64,000 nucleotides of DNA from Eledone cirrhosa. Its lineage: Eukaryota. The stretch is taken from contig OZ024740.1 of the NCBI GenBank assembly GCA_964016885.1, positions 366,482,001 through 366,546,000 on the forward strand. The letters are read 5' to 3'. Numbering within the stretch: position 1 is the first letter of the stretch; every line of letters begins with the position of its first letter. The notes below the pieces were generated by a model. The model had not been told where the DNA came from. It saw nothing but the letters and a program-made list of their open reading frames with translations, and searched no databases. Below, piece by piece: positions 52,520 through 64,000 of the stretch. The position numbers and the translations under genes were made by a program.

Positions 52520-52935
52520 TAATTGCATAATCTGCGTCACGACTTTTCAGTCAGCATGTATAACTGGCTAATATATGTCAGCGATATTAAGAATTTCCGT
52601 TCCAAGGGATCCTCCATCAAATTTATTGAAGACCTTGATTCATTGACTAGCTTGGCAAATTCAGATTTTGATTGAGTTAACTCCTTTGCCTCTTTAATAG
52701 ACAGGTTTAGAATTTCTGTACACTTCAACCATGGATCCTAATAATATCTTCTGGCTGGTTTGGCAAACAATATTTTCTCTGTGTATATTGTATTTTCTGC
52801 TCAACATACATGTCTGATATACTTGAGGTGTTGTGCATAGATGAAATTTCGTAAGGAGGAAGTCTTGATTATATTTTATATTTTTATATTAGTGTGTACA
52901 AAATCGTATCCTCCTTTGTCATGCTTTGTCAGCTT
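52520..52935 (-). pseudogene. Possible degenerate LINE C-terminal fragment
   Basis: Minus-strand SLRNFIYAQHLKYIRH...KILFAKP..DPW. Confidence 0.35.
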
Positions 52936-53155
52936 CAACCCTCTTTAACCAAACTTCTTTGAAATTGAATTCAACACCATAATTTAGTTATTTGTATTTC
53001 AATTCAACTAGACTATCACAATGATAATTCCTCTGAAATATTTTCTCCCTTCAGGACCATTATATATTGATATCATATTCTCTGTGAGTTAGTTATAGAA
53101 CCTGAAAACATTCCTTATGCTGACTTATACAATATTATAGTGGGGGTGGGGTAAC

Positions 53156-53209
<54 letters not shown>

Positions 53210-53604
53210 CAGCAGCAACAGCAGTAGTAGTAGTGGCAGCTATCATCTTATCATGTCACATGTAAATTGAAATAAGAAAATATGCTATCTGACATTGATA
53301 GAGGTTAAAAATGTTTCATTAACAAATATAACTCCTGACCACCACCACCACCACCACCACCACTATCATATCTACTAAGGATGGTTTACAGAGATTGTGT
53401 GACCTTACAACTTGAATTCTTCAATGATGATCTCATACTAGTGTGTATTAACTTCTCACTCAGCAACCTTTTCTGTTTTCATAAATCATAGTACAAATTA
53501 AATGATATTGTGTATTGAATACTGGCCATCAAAACATAAAATGACAGGAATTTGAATAAATAAGTATTGAATACTATATGCAAAAAATTCTGAATCAATT
53601 GGAG

Positions 53605-53785
53605 AAATAATTGTTTTTACTTTTGGCACAAGGCCAGCAATTAACCAGTGCATTACTGGTACTTTATTTTATTGACCCCGTAAGGATGAAAACGAAATTT
53701 GAACTCAGAATGGTAAGGGCCATAACTCTATGCGTCAAAGCATGGCGTCCGGCCCTCTATCGATAGTGCCAATCCACCGCCCTAT
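53605..53785 (-). mobile_element. Nin-domain-type SINE
   Basis: Reverse-complement match to 17308-17480 and 32275-32450. Confidence 0.75.
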
Positions 53786-54767
53786 TGGAGAAATAATGAA
53801 AAATCTTGTGGCAATTATTAGCAACCTTTGAAGAACAGGGGGGGGGGGGGGATAATTTCAAGAAATTAAGAATCAATATTAAGCTTGCCTGATCAGCTGG
53901 TAATGATTTTTACGTACACAATAATTTTTGGTAATTATAATTTACATAATTAAATGGAGCAATGCTTTGAATTTAGAAAATCCTCAGTAAGGTCAGCAGC
54001 TTTGCTAAATATAATATTGCATCTGGCTAAATCCTCATCAAATAGGGAAATGTATGCTATTTGCAAAGCTCCTTGAAATATGATAAAACACTGTAGTCAG
54101 TGGTATATTTAGTCTTCTCAAAGTAAGCCCAGTTAAAATTAATCTTTTCTTAATGTAAAAGTCATACCAGCTTCAAAATGAGTCTAAAAAATCAATGAAA
54201 TAAAAACTAGAATAATGTTTATTAGTGACCTGAACCCAACAGTCTTATATACCATCTCAGGAGCTGAGGTAGTCATAGCCTAAGACCAGATGTAAATTGT
54301 AAGTCCCTGAATGCTTGTAGAAGAACCAAGCCGAAATGTAGGCCCTATTTGAAACTGCTCATTGGTTATTTTATTAATTAGTGCTAAATATGTACGGTTT
54401 TCATTTTTAGCATGGGTTGGGTGGGTTGTTTTCAGACAACGTTTTACAGCCAGATAGCCATCCTGATGCCAACCTTTTTGATTGCTTCTTACAGCCTGCA
54501 AAAATGAAGAGTACCTATTCTAAAAAATGGAATACACACATGTAAAGATTAATTGACTAAATGTAGTAAGAAATATCTTAAGTTTAAATTTGGAAATAGT
54601 TAAGATGAGAGAGATGAGGTGCTATTGATAAGGAAAAATACAAAAACTAATAGTTTGGAACATATTTATTCTCTGAATCTAAAACACAAAATTATGAGTA
54701 AAAAATAATAATTAAATAGAAAAAATAAATAGAAAATATAATGATAAAACACAAGAGAAAGAAGGAG

Positions 54768-54832
<65 letters not shown>

Positions 54833-54906
54833 AACGAGTAGGACCCCGACGGCTGAGCTCAAGCCGTTTCGACGGCTAATTCTGGTTCCTTACCACATTT
54901 CTTCCG

Positions 54907-55018
<112 letters not shown>

Positions 55019-55348
55019 GGGTGGTGGTGGTGAGGAAGTCAATAAAAGTAGTGAGCCAGTTAACTGATGTAATAAATCATAAGCTGACTGTATAGTTATT
55101 ATATTTTTATCTTGAGTGAAACCTTGGCTAAAAGACAAAATCTGAATATTGCTATGTACACTATGATGGTCTATCACATGTACACACACAATATATGTAT
55201 GTATATATACATACATAAACACACACACAACATATGAATATATATATCGATATCTATATTTTTATATATATATATACATTCATATATACACACACACATA
55301 TATATATAAATATATATATATATATAATTATATATACATATATATACA

Positions 55349-55400
<52 letters not shown>

Positions 55401-55401
55401 C

Positions 55402-58400
55402 ATCATCATCATCATCATCATCAGGTTTAGCGTCCGTGTTCCACGCTTGCATGGGTTTGGACGGGGGTTTTCCCACTTGAGGCAAGAGTGGTTGTCTTGC
55501 TCGCATAGGACTGTCTGGCGGGTTTTCTACAGTTGGATGCCCTTCCTAACACCAACCACATTTACAGTGTGGGGCTGGGAGGTTTTTACCGTGTTGCCTA
55601 CACGGCCACATTACAGCGTGGACTGTCTGGCGGGTTTTCTACAGCTGGATGCCCTTCCTAACACCAACCACATTTACAGTGTGGGGCTGGGAGGTTTTTA
55701 CCGTGTTGCCTACACGGCCACATTTACAGCGTGGACTGTGTGTTTTTTGTCGTGACACCTACACGATCTCATTTGTTTCGGCCTGGATGTTGTGGGACCA
55801 ACATAACTTTACATTGAAAGGGGCGGTGTGGGTGGGGTGGAGGTGGTGGGACGGGGGTGTGTTTTGATAGAGATGCCTACTGACTGTAGTAGGTTTTTAC
55901 TTTGTATTTAGGTAAGGCGGGTCTTCTCTATTACTGAGTACCGCCAAAGGTCTCGGTCCAGTGACATTGTCTTGGAGAGGTGTAAGCGTGTGAGGTCGGA
56001 ATTTATCAGCTCGTCCCATGTTTTTCTGGGTCTGCCTACTCCGTGGCTACCGTCTATCTTTATTGCCCTGCACTTTGTTATACAGCTGTCGTCTTTCATG
56101 CGCATCACGTGACCGTACCAACGTAGCCTTCTCTCGAGTAAACAACATCTGATCCCTCTTATTTCTAATTTTTTCCTTAGTTCGTTTATGCTTTGCCGTT
56201 CACGTATATTACTATTGCACATCCAGCGGAGCATGCAAGCTTCGTTCCTCTCTAGTCTGCGTATATCCTCTGCACACAAGGCCCAGGTCTCACTGCCATG
56301 CAGCATTGCTGTTCGTATGCAGGCATCGTATAACCTGCCTTTCATTTTTAGGGAGAACCCTCTAGCGGCTAATAGTGGTATAAGCTCTCTGAACTTTTTC
56401 CATCCAGTTCTGACTCTAGCTACTGTACTTTCAGAGCACCCTCCCCCACTGCTGATTTTGTCACCCAGATAACGGAAGCTGTCCACTATTTCTATAGAAC
56501 CCTCTGCGCAGTTGAAGGAGCTAGTATTTTGTGGGCACTTGCTGCTACTTATTGCACCAGAGCACCGGCCACATGTAAAATCTATGTTCTTAGTTAGCTT
56601 ACCTGTGATCCCACTACATCTTTTATGCACCCATACTTTGCATTTGGGACATAAAATGGAGTTTCTACCTACGCCTTTCCTACACACTGAGCATGGCCAT
56701 TTCCCCGATGGGACCGCCGCCTTATTTTCTTTCCTACAAACTAGAACTTTAGTCTTAGCCAGGTTAATTTTAAGGCCTTTTGATTCTAGGCCGTGCTTCC
56801 ACGTTTGGAATTTCTTCTCTAGTTCGGTCATTGATTCAGCTATGAGCGTTAGATCATCTGCGTATAGGAGTTCCCATGGGCAGCCGGTCTTGAACTCCTC
56901 TGTTATAGCCTGAAGGGCAATAATAAATAGTAGGGGGCTAAGTACAGAGCCCTGATGGACACCAACTTTTACGCTAAACTCTTCACTATATTCGTTGTTA
57001 ATTCTAACCTTACTGACTGTTTCTTTATACATGGCTTGTATAGCTCTCACAAGCCATTCGTCAACACCTAGTTTTCTAAGAGACCACCAGATAATGGAAC
57101 GGGGGACTCTGTCGAAGGTTTTCTCCAAGTCGACAAAAGCTAAGTATAGGGGTTTACTTTTAGCTAGGTACTTCTCCTGTAGTTGTCGTACAATGAAAAG
57201 AGCGTCTGTGGTACTTTTGCCTGACACAAACCCGAACTGCATTTCATCTAGATCATTTCTCTCTCTGATTAGTTGCGCTATTACTTTTTCCGTGACCTTC
57301 ATGACCTGGTCGATTAATTTAATGCCTCTATAGTTACTCCTATCTAGGGCATCTCCTTTTCCCTTATAGCAGTTAACGATGATGCTGCTACGCCATTCCT
57401 TCGGAACAACCCCATTCTGTACGACTTGGTTAACTATCCGGGTGACCATGGTGTGTCCCACCGAACCAGATGCCTTCAGCATCTCAGCAACTATTTCCGA
57501 AGGCCCAGCCGCCTTACCCGTCTTCATATCTTTGATTGCCTTACTTATTATACTACCTTCAACTAACACTGCTGGTCCCTCTATTGGATCGATCTGGGGG
57601 AGACTGTCTTTCTCCCATTTGTTCTCCTCATTTAGAAGCCTTTCGTAGTGACACTTCCAAGCTACCTTCTTATCAGCGTCGGTGGTGGCAAGTATGCCAT
57701 CATCGTTAAGTACACACTTCTCCCCGACAATATCACGGTTTTCCTTGACACATTGCCTGGCAATCCTGAACACCTCACGTTTTTGGTCCTCACGTTGTAG
57801 AACATGCTTGAACTTTCTTTCCTCTGCTTCCCTTCTTGCGAAGTACACTTGTCTCCTAGCTTCCCTCCTGGCCACTTGATAGTCTTCTCTACTTCTCCCA
57901 TCCCGCCATACTTTCCAAGCCTGCTTTTTGGCCTTAATTGACTCCTCCACCTTACTGTTCCACCACCATGTTACTCTCCTCCTACCTACAGGCCTGCTCC
58001 AGCCACAGACTTCGTCTGCCGCCGTCAGCAGGTTTGCTCTCAGGAATTCCCACTGTTCCTCTATATTATACGACTCTAATTGCTCTTCCTTACTGTCGAA
58101 AGCGTCAAGTAATTTGCTTTGAAATTTATTTCTGGCTATGGGGTCCTTTAGCTTCCATATTTTTCTCCTGAGGATAGTCCTCTTCCGCTGTCTAGTACGT
58201 CTCGTCCTGACTATGAGGTCGCTAATTATCAGTCTATGTTGGGAGGTGAATTCTTCATGGGGGTGGGATTTAGTGTTAACAACAGACACTCTGTCACGTC
58301 TTCTGGTAAGGATATAATCTACCTGGCTTGTGTGTTCCCCCGATCTATAGGTGATCAAGTGATTGTCTCGTTTTTTGAAGTTAGTGTTACAGATAGTTAA

Positions 58401-59290
58401 GTTATTTGCGTCGCAGAATTCCAGGATTCTGGAGCCTTCCTCATTTCTAGTACCGAACCCATAGCCTCCATGGATTCCGTCATAGCCGTCACAATGTTGT
58501 CCAACGTGACCATTTAGGTCGCCTGCAATAACTATATAGTCACTGTCGGTTATTTGGGAGGTAGCGAGCATCAGTGTCTCGTAGAATCTGTCTTTTATAG
58601 CGCGGGGCAGTCCGGATTGGGGTGCGTACGCAGATATTACTGTCACCGTAGTTTTATTGAGGACAAGTCTTATTTTAATTATTCTGTCGTTCACTCTATT
58701 TACGTCTATTATCTTATCTGCCCACTTTTCTGCTACCATGATTCCTACCCCACCCAACCCATTGTCATTTCCCACCCAGAAAAGCTTATAGCATCGTTCT
58801 TTACCCACGATGAATCTAGCCGACCCTCCCCTCCACCTGGTCTCTTGAATACAACAAACATCGACCTCCTTACGTTCAAGCATTTCTACAGCCTCGTTAG
58901 AGCGACCCTTTAAGGTGCCTACATTCATGGTTCCAACTCTGAAGTTTTGGATTGCGTTTGGAGGGTGGGAGCGGTGGGGCGCGGGGGGGGGGGATGGGGT
59001 TATGTTAGCCATCCTGGGCCGAAACAAGGAGGAGTGCTTGCATTCTCGTCCACGAGGTGAATTTGGCTTTATCTTTGGCATTGTCGCTGAGCGTCCACAT
59101 TTTTCTCTCTTCAACTCTCCAGAATTCCGTAGTCCATCCATCATATCGAAAAGCAACCAGTTAAGCGATAGTATGGGCCTCTGACTTATGATTGGTCCAC
59201 GTAATAATGGTGGTGCGTGGGGGCGGGAGGGAGGGATGATGGGTTGTTAGCGAGAATGTAAGGTTTAAGATAAGATCGCCGTATTTTGGG
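55402..59290 (-). mobile_element. Full-length family B RTE-clade LINE; 5' UTR continues into the tandem array
   Basis: Intact ORF, ~500-bp 3' UTR ending in (GAT)n next to (TA)n; the 5' region matches 46665-46850. Confidence 0.93.
55908..59156 (-). CDS. Intact RTE-type ORF: APE endonuclease, reverse transcriptase and inserted C4HC3 PHD-like finger (first ATG at 59144)
   Basis: GTMNVGTL, IQETRW, YAPQ, GDLNGH, VDYIL, SQH; NYRGIKL, QFGF, DLEKTFD, GVHQGSVLSP, YADD; CSVC..CPKC..HKRC..CGRC; FRYLG; RLRWYGH; GRPRKTW. Confidence 0.95.
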   Translation of the reverse strand: MLFDMMDGLRNSGELKREKCGRSATMPKIKPNSPRGRECKHSSLFRPRMANITPSPPPAPHRSHPPNAIQNFRVGTMNVGTLKGRSNEAVEMLERKEVDVCCIQETRWRGGSARFIVGKERCYKLFWVGNDNGLGGVGIMVAEKWADKIIDVNRVNDRIIKIRLVLNKTTVTVISAYAPQSGLPRAIKDRFYETLMLATSQITDSDYIVIAGDLNGHVGQHCDGYDGIHGGYGFGTRNEEGSRILEFCDANNLTICNTNFKKRDNHLITYRSGEHTSQVDYILTRRRDRVSVVNTKSHPHEEFTSQHRLIISDLIVRTRRTRQRKRTILRRKIWKLKDPIARNKFQSKLLDAFDSKEEQLESYNIEEQWEFLRANLLTAADEVCGWSRPVGRRRVTWWWNSKVEESIKAKKQAWKVWRDGRSREDYQVARREARRQVYFARREAEERKFKHVLQREDQKREVFRIARQCVKENRDIVGEKCVLNDDGILATTDADKKVAWKCHYERLLNEENKWEKDSLPQIDPIEGPAVLVEGSIISKAIKDMKTGKAAGPSEIVAEMLKASGSVGHTMVTRIVNQVVQNGVVPKEWRSSIIVNCYKGKGDALDRSNYRGIKLIDQVMKVTEKVIAQLIRERNDLDEMQFGFVSGKSTTDALFIVRQLQEKYLAKSKPLYLAFVDLEKTFDRVPRSIIWWSLRKLGVDEWLVRAIQAMYKETVSKVRINNEYSEEFSVKVGVHQGSVLSPLLFIIALQAITEEFKTGCPWELLYADDLTLIAESMTELEKKFQTWKHGLESKGLKINLAKTKVLVCRKENKAAVPSGKWPCSVCRKGVGRNSILCPKCKVWVHKRCSGITGKLTKNIDFTCGRCSGAISSSKCPQNTSSFNCAEGSIEIVDSFRYLGDKISSGGGCSESTVARVRTGWKKFRELIPLLAARGFSLKMKGRLYDACIRTAMLHGSETWALCAEDIRRLERNEACMLRWMCNSNIRERQSINELRKKLEIRGIRCCLLERRLRWYGHVMRMKDDSCITKCRAIKIDGSHGVGRPRKTWDELINSDLTRLHLSKTMSLDRDLWRYSVIEKTRLT

Positions 59291-62200
59291 CATGATTTAA
59301 CAATAAACGAAAATACAAGATTTGTTTTGTTTAAGAAAATACGATAGAGAAAATGCGGTGATAGGGAAAATATGATTTTTAGAGAAAAGATATGATATAG
59401 AATGGTGAAAATATGATATAGTGTGAAATTAGGACATAGAAGTGATTGAATGAATGGGTTCGAATGGAGAGAAGAATGGAGAAAAAATTGGGCATAATTT
59501 AACAATAAACGAAAATACAAGATTTGTTTTGTTTAAGAAAATACGATAGAGAAAATGCGGTGATAGGGAAAATATGATTTTTAGAGAAAAGATATGATAT
59601 AGAATGGTGAAAATATGATATAGTGTGAAATTAGGACATAGAAGTGATTGAATGAATGGGTTCGAATGGAGAGAAGAATCGAGAAAAAATTGGGCATAAT
59701 TTAACAATAAACGAAAATACAAGATTTGTTTTGTTTCAGAAAATACGATAGAGAAAATGCGGTGATAGGGAAAATATGATTTTTAGAGAAAAGATATGAT
59801 ATAGAATGGTGAAAATATGATATAGTGTGAAATTAGGACATAGAAGTGATTGAATGAATGGGTTCGAATGGAGAGAAGAATCGAGAAAAAATTGGGCATA
59901 ATTTAACAATAAACGAAAATACAAGATTTGTTTTGTTTAAGAAAATACGATAGAGAAAATGCGGTGATAGGGAAAATATGATTTTTAGAGAAAAGATATG
60001 ATATAGAATGGTGAAAATATGATATAGTGTGAATTTAGGACATAGAAGTGATTGAATGAATGGGTTCGAATGGAGAGAAGAATCGAGAAAAAATTGGGCA
60101 TAATTTAACAATAAACGAAAATACAAGATTTGTTTTGTTTAAGAAAATACGATAGAGAAAATGCGGTGATAGGGAAAATATGATTTTTAGAGAAAAGATA
60201 TGATATAGAATGGTGAAAATATGATATAGTGTGAAATTAGGACATAGAAGTGATTGAATGAATGGGTTCGAATGGAGAGAAGAATCGAGAAAAATTTGAA
60301 CGTTACTTTATACCGAAGGGAACAGCCATCCCAGAAATAGCGAGTTGGCGATTTTGATTAATTTTGGTAGGGTTTTATCTTATATGTATAGAGAGGGAGG
60401 GGGGCAGGAACCAGCATGATGAATGGGTAGGGGGTAGAATATGGGATGGAGCAGAGGTTAAAAGTTTAAATAGGTACTCGAAGATTTGCGTAAAACTTAG
60501 CAAGTTTAACAAATTATATTTAAAGGAATATATAATAGTGATAGCGAGAATGTAAGGTTTAAGATAAGATCGCCGTATTTTGGGCATGATTTAACAATAA
60601 ACGAAAATACAAGATTTGTTTTGTTTAAGAAAATACGATAGAGAAAATGCGGTGATAGGGAAAATATGATTTTTAGAGAAAAGATATGATATAGAATGGT
60701 GAAAATATGATATAGTGTGAAATTAGGACATAGAAGTGATTGAATGAATGGGTTCGAATGGAGAGAAGAATGGAGAAAAAATTGGGCATAATTTAACAAT
60801 AAACGAAAATACAAGATTTGTTTTGTTTAAGAAAATACGATAGAGAAAATGCGGTGATAGGGAAAATATGATTTTTAGAGAAAAGATATGATATAGAATG
60901 GTGAAAATATGATATAGTGTGAAATTAGGACATAGAAGTGATTGAATGAATGGGTTCGAATGGAGAGAAGAATCGAGAAAAAATTGGGCATAATTTAACA
61001 ATAAACGAAAATACAAGATTTGTTTTGTTTCAGAAAATACGATAGAGAAAATGCGGTGATAGGGAAAATATGATTTTTAGAGAAAAGATATGATATAGAA
61101 TGGTGAAAATATGATATAGTGTGAAATTAGGACATAGAAGTGATTGAATGAATGGGTTCGAATGGAGAGAAGAATCGAGAAAAAATTGGGCATAATTTAA
61201 CAATAAACGAAAATACAAGATTTGTTTTGTTTAAGAAAATACGATAGAGAAAATGCGGTGATAGGGAAAATATGATTTTTAGAGAAAAGATATGATATAG
61301 AATGGTGAAAATATGATATAGTGTGAATTTAGGACATAGAAGTGATTGAATGAATGGGTTCGAATGGAGAGAAGAATCGAGAAAAAATTGGGCATAATTT
61401 AACAATAAACGAAAATACAAGATTTGTTTTGTTTAAGAAAATACGATAGAGAAAATGCGGTGATAGGGAAAATATGATTTTTAGAGAAAAGATATGATAT
61501 AGAATGGTGAAAATATGATATAGTGTGAAATTAGGACATAGAAGTGATTGAATGAATGGGTTCGAATGGAGAGAAGAATCGAGAAAAATTTGAACGTTAC
61601 TTTATACCGAAGGGAACAGCCATCCCAGAAATAGCGAGTTGGCGATTTTGATTAATTTTGGTAGGGTTTTATCTTATATGTATAGAGAGGGAGGGGGGGC
61701 AGGAACCAGCATGATGAATGGGTAGGGGGTAGAATATGGGATGGAGCAGAGGTTAAAAGTTTAAATAGGTACTCGAAGATTTGCGTAAAACTTAGCAAGT
61801 TTAACAAATTATATTTAAAGGAATATATAATAGTGATAGCGAGAATGTAAGGTTTAAGATAAGATCGCCGTATTTTGGGCATGATTTAACAATAAACGAA
61901 AATACAAGATTTGTTTTGTTTAAGAAAATACGATAGAGAAAATGCGGTGATAGGGAAAATATGATTTTTAGAGAAAAGATATGATATAGAATGGTGAAAA
62001 TATGATATAGTGTGAAATTAGGACATAGAAGTGATTGAATGAATGGGTTCGAATGGAGAGAAGAATGGAGAAAAAATTGGGCATAATTTAACAATAAACG
62101 AAAATACAAGATTTGTTTTGTTTAAGAAAATACGATAGAGAAAATGCGGTGATAGGGAAAATATGATTTTTAGAGAAAAGATATGATATAGAATGGTGAA

Positions 62201-64000
62201 AATATGATATAGTGTGAAATTAGGACATAGAAGTGATTGAATGAATGGGTTCGAATGGAGAGAAGAATCGAGAAAAAATTGGGCATAATTTAACAATAAA
62301 CGAAAATACAAGATTTGTTTTGTTTCAGAAAATACGATAGAGAAAATGCGGTGATAGGGAAAATATGATTTTTAGAGAAAAGATATGATATAGAATGGTG
62401 AAAATATGATATAGTGTGAAATTAGGACATAGAAGTGATTGAATGAATGGGTTCGAATGGAGAGAAGAATCGAGAAAAAATTGGGCATAATTTAACAATA
62501 AACGAAAATACAAGATTTGTTTTGTTTAAGAAAATACGATAGAGAAAATGCGGTGATAGGGAAAATATGATTTTTAGAGAAAAGATATGATATAGAATGG
62601 TGAAAATATGATATAGTGTGAATTTAGGACATAGAAGTGATTGAATGAATGGGTTCGAATGGAGAGAAGAATCGAGAAAAAATTGGGCATAATTTAACAA
62701 TAAACGAAAATACAAGATTTGTTTTGTTTAAGAAAATACGATAGAGAAAATGCGGTGATAGGGAAAATATGATTTTTAGAGAAAAGATATGATATAGAAT
62801 GGTGAAAATATGATATAGTGTGAAATTAGGACATAGAAGTGATTGAATGAATGGGTTCGAATGGAGAGAAGAATCGAGAAAAATTTGAACGTTACTTTAT
62901 ACCGAAGGGAACAGCCATCCCAGAAATAGCGAGTTGGCGATTTTGATTAATTTTGGTAGGGTTTTATCTTATATGTATAGAGAGGGAGGGGGGGCAGGAA
63001 CCAGCATGATGAATGGGTAGGGGGTAGAATATGGGATGGAGCAGAGGTTAAAAGTATAAATAGGTACTCGAAGATTTGCGTAAAACTTAGCAAGTTTAAC
63101 AAATTATATTTAAAGGAATATATAATAGTGATAGCGAGAATGTAAGGTTTAAGATAAGATCGCCGTATTTTGGGCATGATTTAACAATAAACGAAAATAC
63201 AAGATTTGTTTTGTTTAAGAAAATACGATAGAGAAAATGCGGTGATAGGGAAAATATGATTTTTAGAGAAAAGATATGATATAGAATGGTGAAAATATGA
63301 TATAGTGTGAAATTAGGACATAGAAGTGATTGAATGAATGGGTTCGAATGGAGAGAAGAATGGAGAAAAAATTGGGCATAATTTAACAATAAACGAAAAT
63401 ACAAGATTTGTTTTGTTTAAGAAAATACGATAGAGAAAATGCGGTGATAGGGAAAATATGATTTTTAGAGAAAAGATATGATATAGAATGGTGAAAATAT
63501 GATATAGTGTGAAATTAGGACATAGAAGTGATTGAATGAATGGGTTCGAATGGAGAGAAGAATCGAGAAAAAATTGGGCATAATTTAACAATAAACGAAA
63601 ATACAAGATTTGTTTTGTTTCAGAAAATACGATAGAGAAAATGCGGTGATAGGGAAAATATGATTTTTAGAGAAAAGATATGATATAGAATGGTGAAAAT
63701 ATGATATAGTGTGAAATTAGGACATAGAAGTGATTGAATGAATGGGTTCGAATGGAGAGAAGAATCGAGAAAAAATTGGGCATAATTTAACAATAAACGA
63801 AAATACAAGATTTGTTTTGTTTAAGAAAATACGATAGAGAAAATGCGGTGATAGGGAAAATATGATTTTTAGAGAAAAGATATGATATAGAATGGTGAAA
63901 ATATGATATAGTGTGAATTTAGGACATAGAAGTGATTGAATGAATGGGTTCGAATGGAGAGAAGAATCGAGAAAAAATTGGGCATAATTTAACAATAAAC
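59248..64000. repeat. Higher-order tandem array: ~1295-bp unit of ~40-bp lead, 5 x 202-bp monomers and ~245-bp spacer; more than 3.6 units, runs off the window
   Basis: Lead tagcgagaatgtaagg at 59248, 60542, 61837, 63132. Monomer starts at 59288, 59490, 59692, 59894, 60096. Position-specific variants repeat in every unit. Confidence 0.95.

Noticed and set aside
54300-54345. Hammerhead-like ctgaat..gcttg..caagc.gaaa
   Set aside because: The core is incomplete and there is no stem I or stem III pairing.
59157-60545. HDV-like ribozyme at the RTE 5' end
   Set aside because: I could not build the nested double pseudoknot by eye; only small hairpins were visible. A structure search is needed.
59161-63995. 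Repeated 62-119 aa ORFs (MYFRLLLNYAQFF...)
   Set aside because: They are by-products of the 202-bp repeat, start at non-ATG codons, and shift frame with each monomer.
59248-64000. CRISPR-like or RT-associated array with unique spacers
   Set aside because: The spacers are near-identical to each other, there are no cas genes, and the context is eukaryotic.

Overview
This is AT-rich eukaryotic DNA made almost entirely of repeats; I found no host gene, rRNA, tRNA gene or CRISPR array. The mix of (TA)n microsatellites, RTE-clade LINEs, Nin-domain and CORE-like SINEs and Penelope-like elements suggests a mollusc, probably an octopus or other cephalopod (inference only). Main contents: (1) An apparently intact RTE-type LINE ORF (55908-59156, minus) with an APE endonuclease, an RT and a C4HC3 PHD-like finger inserted in the RT, plus several truncated or decayed relatives. 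(2) Directly 5' of that ORF, a higher-order tandem array (5 x 202-bp monomers plus spacer, ~1295-bp unit) running off the window end. A second LINE copy also begins with the end of this monomer, so the monomer appears to be part of the LINE 5' UTR. (3) A 5'-truncated Penelope-like element with an inverted pLTR, and about a dozen short inverted-repeat remnants carrying intact or decayed type I hammerhead ribozyme motifs. (4) An R4/Dong-like RT-RLE element between (TAA)n runs, a DD37D (maT) transposon remnant, a Helitron-like element with an internal palindrome, a twin-primed RTE insertion, and many SINEs and simple repeats. All calls come from reading the sequence by eye; no searches or folding computations were run, and boundaries are approximate.
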